This document shows, piece after piece, positions 1 to 6,913 of a DNA stretch of 18,539 nt. The stretch comes from Clostridia bacterium. GTDB taxonomy: Bacteria > Bacillota > Clostridia > Christensenellales > Aristaeellaceae. The notes beneath the pieces were generated by a model, which saw only the letters and a program-made list of their open reading frames with translations, searched no databases and had not been told where the DNA came from. Each line of letters begins with the position of its first letter. Positions within the stretch are counted from its first letter, which is position 1. A program made the position numbers and the translations under genes. The stretch covers positions 1 through 18,539 of the forward strand of contig JAKSQG010000020.1 of NCBI GenBank assembly GCA_024404275.1, written 5' to 3'.

Positions 1-2347
1 TGTAGCCTTCCCAGGTCATGAAGCCGATCAGGGCGTTGCGGCCCAGAGCGATCTCACCATTCTCGGTAGAAGGACCGTCGGCCAGCAGATCGCCGACTTC
101 CACCTGCTGTCCCTGATCCACGCGGGGACGCTGGTTGATGCAGGTACCCTGGTTGGAACGGGCAAACTTGGTCAGCTTATAGCGATGACGCTCGCCGTTT
201 TCATCTTCAATCACGATCTGTTCGGCGTCCACATACTGCACAAAGCCGTTGTGCTTGCTCAGCAGTACGGCACCGGAGTCGTGGGCGGCCTTGTATTCCA
301 TACCTGTACCGACGATGGGAGATTCGGGCACCAGCAGCGGCACAGCCTGACGCTGCATGTTGGAACCCATCAGGGCGCGGTTGGCGTCGTCGTTCTCCAG
401 GAAGGGGATCATGGCGGTGGCCACGGAAATGACCTGACGGGGAGAAACGTCGACAAAGTCCACTTCGTTCACCGGCACAGCGATGATCTCATCGCGCCAG
501 CGGACGGTGACACGGTCGTTGACAAAGGTATTGTCGGCGGTCATGGGCTCCTTGGCCATGCCTACCTTGTAGGCGTCTTCCTCATCGGCGGTCATGTAGA
601 TGATCTCATCGGTCACCTGATTGGTTTCCTTGTTCACCTTGCGATAAGGAGCCTCGATAAAGCCGTATTCGTTGATGCGGGCGTAGCTGGCCAGAGAACC
701 GATCAGACCAATGTTGGGTCCTTCAGGCGTTTCAATGGGGCAGATACGGGCATAATGGGAATAGTGCACGTCGCGGACTTCCATGCCGGCACGGTCACGG
801 TTCAGACCGCCGGGGCCCAGAGCGGACAGACGGCGCTTGTGGGTCAGTTCGGCCAGCGGGTTGGGCTGATCCATGAACTGGCTCAGCTGAGAGGAGCAGA
901 AGAACTCCTTGATGGCGGCGCTGACAGGACGGATATTGATCAGGTCGTTGGGCTTGACATCGCTGTCGCCCTGGATGGCCATGCGTTCACGCACGACACG
1001 CTCCAGACGGGTCAGACCGATGCGCACCTGGTTCTGCAGCAGCTCACCCACAGAGCGCAGGCGGCGGTTGCCCAGATGGTCGATATCGTCAGTGGTGCCG
1101 ATGCCGTAGGGCATACCCAGCAGATAGCTGACGGAAGCGGTGATATCATCCACAATGATGTGCTTGGGCACGATGTTCTGGATGTTCTCACGGATGGCGC
1201 GCTTCATTTCTTCGGGGTCTTCGATACCTTCGATGGTACGCAGCAGGGTAGGCAGATGGGCTTTTTCATTGATGCCGGCATCCTTCGGATTGAAGGGCAG
1301 ATAGCAGGAGGCATCGACAAAGTTGTTGCCCACCACGCGCACCACGTGCTCACCGCCCATGATGTGCACCACGTTCAAGCCGGAGTTCTGGATATCGTTG
1401 GCCATTTCACGGCTGATGACACTGCCGGATTCGACCATGATCTCACCGGTCTGGGGATTGACGATGTCTTCCGCCGCCACCTGGCCGGTAATACGGGCAT
1501 TCAGGCCCAGCTTCTTGTTGTACTTATAGCGGCCCACGCGCATGAGGTCATAACGCTTGGGATCAAAGAACAGGTTGTTGATCAGCGTGCGGGCGCCGTC
1601 CTCCGTCGGAGGCTCACCGGGCTTCTGGCGCTTGTACACTTCGATCAGACCCTGGGACTGGTTCTTGGTGGAATCACCGTTGTTGATGGTGGCCAGCAGA
1701 CGTTCATCCTCACCCAGCAGACCGATGATATCGGAATCGGAGCTGTAGCCCAGGGCGCGCAGCAGCGTCGTCACGGGCAGCTTGCGGGCGCGGTCCACGC
1801 GGACCCACAGCACATCATTGGAGTCGGTTTCGTACTCCAGCCAAGCGCCGCGGTTGGGGATGATCTGGGCGGCATAGAGGTGCTTACCGGTCTTATCGAT
1901 GGTCTCGGAGAAGTAAGCGCCGGGAGAACGGACCAGCTGGCTGACGATAACACGCTCAGCGCCGTTGATCAGGAAGGTACCATGCTCCGTCATCAGCGGG
2001 AAATCACCCATGAAGACCTCGGTCTCCTTGATCTCTCCCGTCAGCTTGTTCTTAAGGCGCACAAACACCTTGAGAGGAGCGGCAAATGTCAGATCACGTT
2101 CCCTGCAGCGTTCGATGGAATTCTTGGGAGCGGAATCCAGTGAGTAATCCACAAATTCAAGTATAAGATTGCCGCTGTAATCCATGATGGGAGAAACATC
2201 GGCCAGCACCTCACGCAGTCCCTCTTCCAGGAACTGACGGTAGCTGTCCTTCTGTACCTCGATCAGGTTGGGCATATCCAGGACTTCATCGATGCGAGAG
2301 AAGCTCATGCGCTTGCAATGCTTCCCCATCTGAACCTCATGCACCAT
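1..2347 (-). CDS. rpoB: DNA-directed RNA polymerase subunit beta, N-terminal ~782 codons (3' end runs off the left edge)
   Basis: The reverse frame is open from ATG (2345-2347) to position 1. It is absent from the ORF track because there is no stop in the window. Hand translation gives [44 protein letters not shown]...[28 protein letters not shown]. Near position 1 it gives [56 protein letters not shown]. These are hallmark RpoB blocks. RBS AAAGGGGTG lies about 10 nt upstream. Confidence 0.97.
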   Translation of the reverse strand, partial: MVHEVQMGKHCKRMSFSRIDEVLDMPNLIEVQKDSYRQFLEEGLREVLADVSPIMDYSGNLILEFVDYSLDSAPKNSIERCRERDLTFAAPLKVFVRLKNKLTGEIKETEVFMGDFPLMTEHGTFLINGAERVIVSQLVRSPGAYFSETIDKTGKHLYAAQIIPNRGAWLEYETDSNDVLWVRVDRARKLPVTTLLRALGYSSDSDIIGLLGEDERLLATINNGDSTKNQSQGLIEVYKRQKPGEPPTEDGARTLINNLFFDPKRYDLMRVGRYKYNKKLGLNARITGQVAAEDIVNPQTGEIMVESGSVISREMANDIQNSGLNVVHIMGGEHVVRVVGNNFVDASCYLPFNPKDAGINEKAHLPTLLRTIEGIEDPEEMKRAIRENIQNIVPKHIIVDDITASVSYLLGMPYGIGTTDDIDHLGNRRLRSVGELLQNQVRIGLTRLERVVRERMAIQGDSDVKPNDLINIRPVSAAIKEFFCSSQLSQFMDQPNPLAELTHKRRLSALGPGGLNRDRAGMEVRDVHYSHYARICPIETPEGPNIGLIGSLASYARINEYGFIEAPYRKVNKETNQVTDEIIYMTADEEDAYKVGMAKEPMTADNTFVNDRVTVRWRDEIIAVPVNEVDFVDVSPRQVISVATAMIPFLENDDANRALMGSNMQRQAVPLLVPESPIVGTGMEYKAAHDSGAVLLSKHNGFVQYVDAEQIVIEDENGERHRYKLTKFARSNQGTCINQRPRVDQGQQVEVGDLLADGPSTENGEIALGRNALIGFMTWEGY

Positions 2348-2494
2348 AAAATGCAATCACCCCTTTACTGTTGCGAAGCAGTGGTTTTTGGCACTCGTTT
2401 TTGGCTGCCGGATTGTACTTTTTTTGTACTTTTTTTAAATCCTTGCCGCCACATGGTTAAAAACGGGTACATTAACCATACTGTAGCACCTTAT

Positions 2495-2523
2495 ACTATA
2501 TCATGTCAAATCGCAAGTGTCAA
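2495..2523 (-). promoter_or_regulatory. sigma-70/SigA-type promoter for rpoB
   Basis: The minus strand reads TTGACA (2523-2518), a 17-nt spacer, then TG-n-TATAGT (-10 at 2500-2495). This is a perfect -35 with an extended -10. It predicts a leader of roughly 140 nt before the rpoB ATG. Confidence 0.6.
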
Positions 2524-2556
2524 GCACATTTTTGGCATCCGGAGCACGAAAACGCA

Positions 2557-2598
2557 CAAAAAACGGAGCTGCGGGCTTTTGGCAGCCCCCACTCCGTT
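2557..2598 (-). terminator. intrinsic terminator after the deoD-DUF523 operon
   Basis: The minus strand reads AACGGAG-TGGGGGCTGCCAAAAGCCCGCAG-CTCCGTT followed by TTTTTT. It is a GC-rich imperfect hairpin with a 7-bp basal stem plus a U-run, about 35 nt after the DUF523 stop. Confidence 0.6.
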
Positions 2599-2633
2599 CA
2601 ATTTTGATTTTTGGTTTTTGGGGATTTCACTTT

Positions 2634-3068
2634 TCAGATGCTGAATTCCTTGGGAAGGTCCTCTTCCGTATAGACCCGGATGCCGTTTTGAAGCAGTTTT
2701 TCCGCCAGCACACCGCTGCCGGGAATCAGTTTCCGGCTGAAAGTGCCGTCATAAACGCTATCACGCCCGCACATGGGGCTGCGTGCCTTCAGAAGAGCCG
2801 CATCACACCCCGTCAGGCGGTACAGCTTGAACGCTTCCTCCGCTCCGCGCAGGTAGGCTTCCGTCCTGTTGCTTCCGTCCGCCGCGATGACGCTGTCCCC
2901 CGACCTTTCACAGGGAATGCGCGGTGTGGGCAGCCCGCCCAGCTGTTCCGGGCACACAGGCACCACTTCACATTTTTCGCTCAGCGCAGTCACAGCCGCG
3001 TTCTCCTTGCCGCATCCGTCGTAGCGGCAGCAGACACCCAGCAGGCAGGCACTTACCAGCAGCCGCAT
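2634..3068 (-). CDS. DUF523 family protein (TudS-like 2-thiouracil desulfurase family, [4Fe-4S] Cys ligands)
   Basis: 144 aa. The N-terminus MRLLVSACLLGVCCRYDG and the VCPEQLGGLPTPR block are the typical DUF523 signature. The start ATG shares its A with the deoD TGA (TGATG at 3066-3070). Confidence 0.85.
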   Translation of the reverse strand: MRLLVSACLLGVCCRYDGCGKENAAVTALSEKCEVVPVCPEQLGGLPTPRIPCERSGDSVIAADGSNRTEAYLRGAEEAFKLYRLTGCDAALLKARSPMCGRDSVYDGTFSRKLIPGSGVLAEKLLQNGIRVYTEEDLPKEFSI

Positions 3069-3775
3069 CAGGCGATCTCCAACGCGATCTCCATCATCTG
3101 GGTAAAGGTATTCTGGCGCTGCTCGGCATCCAGATTTTCACCGGTTACCAGATGATCGGAAATGGTCAGCAGCGTCAGGGCATTTTTACCCGCTTTGGCG
3201 GCATTCAGATACAGCGCATAGGTTTCCATTTCCACGCACAGAACACCCAGCTGCTGCAGGATGGCGCTGTCACTGGTCTCACCATAGAAGGTATCAGAAC
3301 TGAAGACCGGACCAACCGCCATGGGGATGCCCATCGCCTCCGCCTTTTGAGCTGCCGCGGACAGCAGCTTCCAGCTGGCGCAGGGCGCCAGATTGCCATG
3401 GAAACCAAACTGATTGCCGAAGCTCGAATTGGTGTAGGCAGACATCGCCCCCACCACGCTGCGCACCTTCAGGCTCTCCTGCATGGCTCCGGCAGAGCCG
3501 ATACGGATGATGTTGTCGACATCGTAGAAATTGAACAATTCGTAGGAATAAATACCAATAGAAGGAATGCCCATACCGGACGCCATCACGCTGACCTGTT
3601 TGCCGTTATATTCACCGGTATAACCCTGCACACCACGTACATTGTTGACCAGACGGGCATTTTTCAGGTAGGTTTCCGCTACAAACTTGGCGCGCAGCGG
3701 ATCGCCGGGCATCAAAACCGTCTTGGCAAAATCGCCGGGTTTGGCGCTATTATGAGGAGTAGGCGTTAAGCTCAT
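3068..3775 (-). CDS. deoD: purine nucleoside phosphorylase, DeoD type
   Basis: 235 aa. Contains PGDPLRAKFVAETYL, GMGIPSIGIYSYEL, IRIGSAGA, CVEMETYALY and TISDHL blocks characteristic of hexameric PNP. RBS GGAGG lies 8 nt upstream of the ATG. Confidence 0.95.
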   Translation of the reverse strand: MSLTPTPHNSAKPGDFAKTVLMPGDPLRAKFVAETYLKNARLVNNVRGVQGYTGEYNGKQVSVMASGMGIPSIGIYSYELFNFYDVDNIIRIGSAGAMQESLKVRSVVGAMSAYTNSSFGNQFGFHGNLAPCASWKLLSAAAQKAEAMGIPMAVGPVFSSDTFYGETSDSAILQQLGVLCVEMETYALYLNAAKAGKNALTLLTISDHLVTGENLDAEQRQNTFTQMMEIALEIA

Positions 3776-3808
3776 TTTTCAAGCCTCCGTATTTCTTTAT
3801 TTTTGTTT

Positions 3809-3837
3809 ATCGTATCACACCCTACCCGCTTCGTCAA
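3809..3837 (-). promoter_or_regulatory. candidate promoter for deoD
   Basis: The minus strand reads TTGACG (3837-3832), a 17-nt spacer, then TACGAT (3814-3809). Confidence 0.45.
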
Positions 3838-3847
3838 GCTGACTTTG

Positions 3848-3876
3848 TTGACGGCTGTTACCGTTTGTGATACCAT
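3848..3876 (+). promoter_or_regulatory. candidate promoter for the serine hydrolase gene (divergent from the deoD promoter)
   Basis: TTGACG (3848-3853), a 17-nt spacer, then TACCAT (3871-3876). Confidence 0.4.
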
Positions 3877-3907
3877 GTGCAAAACGATTTTGAAGGAGCA
3901 TGATCCG

Positions 3908-5338
3908 ATGATGAAAAGAGAACTGCTTGATGCCTCCTTTGTGCGCCGCGAAATGGCATGGTGGAATGTTCCCGGCGTACAGATCGGCGTTGTCCGAGCC
4001 GATTCCAACGGCAACCCCGAAACGCTTTACTCGTCGGGTTTTGGTTTCCGTGATGTTGAACATAATCTGCCCATGACACCCGATTCTCTCGGCGGCATCG
4101 CTTCCTGCTCCAAAGCTTTCACCGCCGCTATCGTTGCCTCCCTTGTGGAAGAAGGAAAACTCGATTGGGATCGTCCCATCCGCGAATATCTGCCGTTTTT
4201 TGCCCTGAAGGACCCTTTTGCCACTGCGGAATGTACCCTTCGGGATATGCTTTATCACCGTACCGGTATCGCGGGTCATGACGCTCTGTGGCCCAACCCC
4301 GATTGGTCCCGCCGCGATTATTTTGAACACGCCGCGCATATGACACCCAACAAGCCTTTCCGCAGTGTGGCACAATACAATAATACCATCTATAACCTGA
4401 TTGGAATGATTGCCGAGGAGGTCACCGGCGAAAGTTATGCCGATCTTCTGCGCACCCGCATTCTGGAGCCGCTTGAAATGACCCGCAGTTGCCTGACACT
4501 GCAGCACCAGCGTGCTGACACAGACTGGGCACGCGGTTATTTTTCCGAAGATATCGGCCCCGCTTCTCCCCTGCGCCCCATGGACGGTTGGGAGATGAGT
4601 CCGCTTGGAGATCCCGCCGCGGGCATTTACTCCTGTGCCTCAGAGATGACAAAATGGCTCACCCTGCATCTTTCCCGCGGTGTATATAAAGGAAAAAGAA
4701 TTTTCAGTACGGCCGTCATGGACGAGATGCATGAGCCTGCCCTGCGCATGAGCCCCTTTCCCTGGCGGTTTGAAGAGATCCCCGGCTACGGCTTCTATGG
4801 GATGGCATGGAAAACTGCCGTCTACCGTGGGCTTACCATGACCTATCACATGGGCGAAATCGAGGGCTACTGCTCCTCCACGGTCTTTTTCCCGCAGAAG
4901 GGACTTGGCATCTTTGTCCTCTGCAACCGTCATACCATGATGAGTCCCTTTTTGATGGAGCTTGTCTACACCGCCGCGGATGCCGCGCTCGGGTATGAAT
5001 CCCCGGACTGGGCAAATCGTCTGCATCCTTACGCACGGGATTTCAGCGGTCCCTGCGAGGCGTGGTCGCTTGACCTGATGCCCCATCCCACTTCCTCCCC
5101 TGCCGTGTTTGATGCGGATGATTATGCCGATTGTGCGGGCACCTATGTTTCCGATGTCTATGGTACACTGACCCTTCAGCACAGTGCCAACGGAAAAAGC
5201 GTCGGCGTGTCCTATATGCCGCTCGGCCGTGACCCTTCCCCCATTTCACTCTACCTTCGCTTCAAGGACTGGCTGCTGCCGCTCGAACCGGCTCCCGAAT
5301 GCGGCAGGGATGTCTTCCGCATCCGAAATTTCAAGTAG
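3908..5338 (+). CDS. serine hydrolase of the beta-lactamase/transpeptidase-like (class C / esterase EstB-like) family with a C-terminal lipocalin-like (DUF3471-type) domain. As read with code 11 it ends at TAG 5336-5338, but the frame stays open to TGA 5456-5458.
   Basis: SxxK active-site motif in GGIASCSKAFTAA. The downstream block YNNTIYNLIGMIAEEVTGESYADLL is typical of the family. The start is placed at ATG 3908 (RBS GAAGGAG 3892-3898) rather than the ORF-track start at 3803. There is no signal peptide. See the finding on the TAG at 5336. Confidence 0.85.
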   Translation: MMKRELLDASFVRREMAWWNVPGVQIGVVRADSNGNPETLYSSGFGFRDVEHNLPMTPDSLGGIASCSKAFTAAIVASLVEEGKLDWDRPIREYLPFFALKDPFATAECTLRDMLYHRTGIAGHDALWPNPDWSRRDYFEHAAHMTPNKPFRSVAQYNNTIYNLIGMIAEEVTGESYADLLRTRILEPLEMTRSCLTLQHQRADTDWARGYFSEDIGPASPLRPMDGWEMSPLGDPAAGIYSCASEMTKWLTLHLSRGVYKGKRIFSTAVMDEMHEPALRMSPFPWRFEEIPGYGFYGMAWKTAVYRGLTMTYHMGEIEGYCSSTVFFPQKGLGIFVLCNRHTMMSPFLMELVYTAADAALGYESPDWANRLHPYARDFSGPCEAWSLDLMPHPTSSPAVFDADDYADCAGTYVSDVYGTLTLQHSANGKSVGVSYMPLGRDPSPISLYLRFKDWLLPLEPAPECGRDVFRIRNFK

Positions 5339-5491
5339 GACACCCTTTTCTACACCGTCCCCCTGCAGTTTCTCCGGGATGGGAACGGCCGCATCACGGG
5401 CTTTGCTCTCAAAGCCGAACGTACCGTTCCCCCGGCCCTTTTCCGGCGCGTTTTCTGATTTTTTCACGCGGTTTCCGACATGTTTTTCATG

Positions 5492-5520
5492 TTGCATTCA
5501 GCCGCGGATTATCGTATAAT
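5492..5520 (+). promoter_or_regulatory. promoter for the GDPD-greA-lysS unit
   Basis: TTGCAT (5492-5497), a 17-nt spacer, then the consensus TATAAT (5515-5520). Confidence 0.55.
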
Positions 5521-5558
5521 ATAGAATGTATGTTTGTGTTTATGGGAAGGAGTGCGTC

Positions 5559-6428
5559 ATGGTTCTGTTCTGGCTTTTGTTCGTGCTCTTTCTGTTGTGC
5601 GCATTGTACATTTTTCTTGCGGCTCCCAACATTCACCGTCGGAAAATGAAGCTTCTCCCCCCGCCGCGTGTCTACTACGCGCACCGCGGGCTGCATGACG
5701 GCAACGTGCATGTAGCAGAGAATTCATTGCCCGCATTCCGCGCCGCGGCAGAGCTTGGTTACGGCATCGAGTTGGATGTACGGGAAACCCGTGACCATGT
5801 GCTGGTCGTCCACCACGATGAAACCCTCGAAAGAAGCTGCGGTGACAAACGCCCCGTTCGTGATGTACCATGGGCCGAGCTTTGCGAAATGCGCCTGTTC
5901 GGCACCGACGAGCACATTCCCACACTGGATGAGGTGCTGGCACTGGTTCACGGCCGTGTCCCGCTGATTATCGAAATCAAATCCGACCGGGGAGCTTCCG
6001 TTCCCTGTGAAGCCATTCGCGACCGGTTGCTGCGTTATCCGGGCAATTACTGCGTCGAGTCCTTCGATCCTTTCGTGCTGCGCTGGTTCAGGCACTTTGC
6101 CCCGCGCATCATCCGCGGTCAATTGTCCTGTGCTTTCAGCATCCCCGGCCTTTCCTTCAAGGAGCACCTGCAGCGTCTGGCTCTTACCAACCTGCTGACC
6201 AACTGTATCGCGCGTCCCGACTTCATCGCCTACGGTTATCAGACCGATGCGAATATCAGCTTCCGCTTGATCGCCTCCGTATTCCGTCCCATGCTTGCCG
6301 TCTGGACGGTACACGACGTTGAAAAAGCCCGTGAGCTGAAAAGCAGATATGATATACTGATATTTGAACGCTTTTATCCCACAGATGAAGGCTTCGATCA
6401 AGAGGAGGAACCATCTTATGTCCAGTAA
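5559..6428 (+). CDS. membrane-anchored glycerophosphodiester phosphodiesterase family protein
   Basis: GDPD motifs: YAHRGL, ENSLPAFRAAAELGYGIELDVRET, VVHHDETLER, IIEIK. The N-terminal hydrophobic helix is MVLFWLLFVLFLLCALYIFLAA. The start is placed at ATG 5559 (RBS GGAAGGAG with 6-nt spacing) rather than 5526. Confidence 0.85.
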   Translation: MVLFWLLFVLFLLCALYIFLAAPNIHRRKMKLLPPPRVYYAHRGLHDGNVHVAENSLPAFRAAAELGYGIELDVRETRDHVLVVHHDETLERSCGDKRPVRDVPWAELCEMRLFGTDEHIPTLDEVLALVHGRVPLIIEIKSDRGASVPCEAIRDRLLRYPGNYCVESFDPFVLRWFRHFAPRIIRGQLSCAFSIPGLSFKEHLQRLALTNLLTNCIARPDFIAYGYQTDANISFRLIASVFRPMLAVWTVHDVEKARELKSRYDILIFERFYPTDEGFDQEEEPSYVQ

Positions 6429-6909
6429 GAAAATCACCGCTTCCGGCCTGGAAGAACTGAAAAAGAAGCTGTATTACCTGGAGAACGATCGCCGCAACGA
6501 GATTCTGAAGGCCATCGAGATTGCAAAGGGCTTCGGCGACCTCAGTGAAAACGCCGAATACACCGCTGCCAGAGAAGACCAGTCCAAAAACGAGACCGAA
6601 ATCCTCGCCCTGAAAGAGGAAATCAATAATGCCGAAGTCATCGCCGACGAAGAGATCACCGGCGACAAGGTCAACCTCGGCACCACCGTCCGCATCCTGG
6701 ATCTGGAGCTGGACGAGGAAGAAGTCTACAGCATCGTCGGTACCCGTGAAGCCGATCCCATGAACAACAAGATTTCCCTGGAATCCCCCTACGGCATCGC
6801 CCTTGTGGGCAAGCGTGCAGGCGACGTTGTCACCGTGATCGCTCCCGACGGCGAATTCCAGCTCAAGATTCTGTCGATTGCCCGCACCGCCGATCAGGCG
6901 AAGGAGTAA
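6418..6909 (+). CDS. greA: transcription elongation factor GreA
   Basis: 163 aa. Starts MSSKKITASGLEELKKKL and contains GDLSENAEYTAAREDQ in the coiled-coil finger, plus the C-terminal globular domain block ISLESPYGIALVGKRAGDVV. RBS GAGGAGG. The gene overlaps the GDPD 3' end by 11 nt. Confidence 0.95.
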   Translation: MSSKKITASGLEELKKKLYYLENDRRNEILKAIEIAKGFGDLSENAEYTAAREDQSKNETEILALKEEINNAEVIADEEITGDKVNLGTTVRILDLELDEEEVYSIVGTREADPMNNKISLESPYGIALVGKRAGDVVTVIAPDGEFQLKILSIARTADQAKE

Positions 6910-6913
6910 ACGC

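Noticed and set aside
185-2143. 652-aa plus-strand ORF
   Set aside because: It is exactly codon-aligned antisense to rpoB. It stays open only because rpoB avoids TTA, CTA and TCA codons, the reverse complements of the stop codons. The product is Gly/His/Val/Asp-rich low-complexity sequence with no RBS, and the opposite strand is unmistakably RpoB.
2415-2436. Perfect 11-nt tandem duplication GTACTTTTTTT x2, as a possible CRISPR or minisatellite
   Set aside because: There are only two copies, with no spacers, inside an A/T-rich leader. It is mentioned under the rpoB leader finding, but it is not a repeat array.
2470-2625. Possible plus-strand small RNA: TTAACC-16 nt-TACTAT promoter-like sequence, then the 2563-2598 hairpin followed by T-runs
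   Set aside because: The -10-like hexamer is just the mirror of the AT-rich rpoB -10 region, and the hairpin is the terminator of the DUF523 operon. There is no independent evidence, and only transcriptomics could revive the idea.
3803-3907. Upstream extensions of track ORFs: 3803 for the hydrolase, 5526 for GDPD, 6364 for greA, 6878 for lysS, 13919 for the dehydrogenase, 15708 for the secreted protein
   Set aside because: In each case a downstream ATG has a well-spaced GGAGG-type RBS and gives the family-typical N-terminus. The extensions overlap promoters or upstream genes.
6364-6913. T-box, L-box or other leader upstream of lysS, and a purine riboswitch upstream of deoD
   Set aside because: lysS starts 4 nt after greA, and the deoD 5' region is about 30 nt after the predicted -10. 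Neither leaves room for a riboswitch or T-box.
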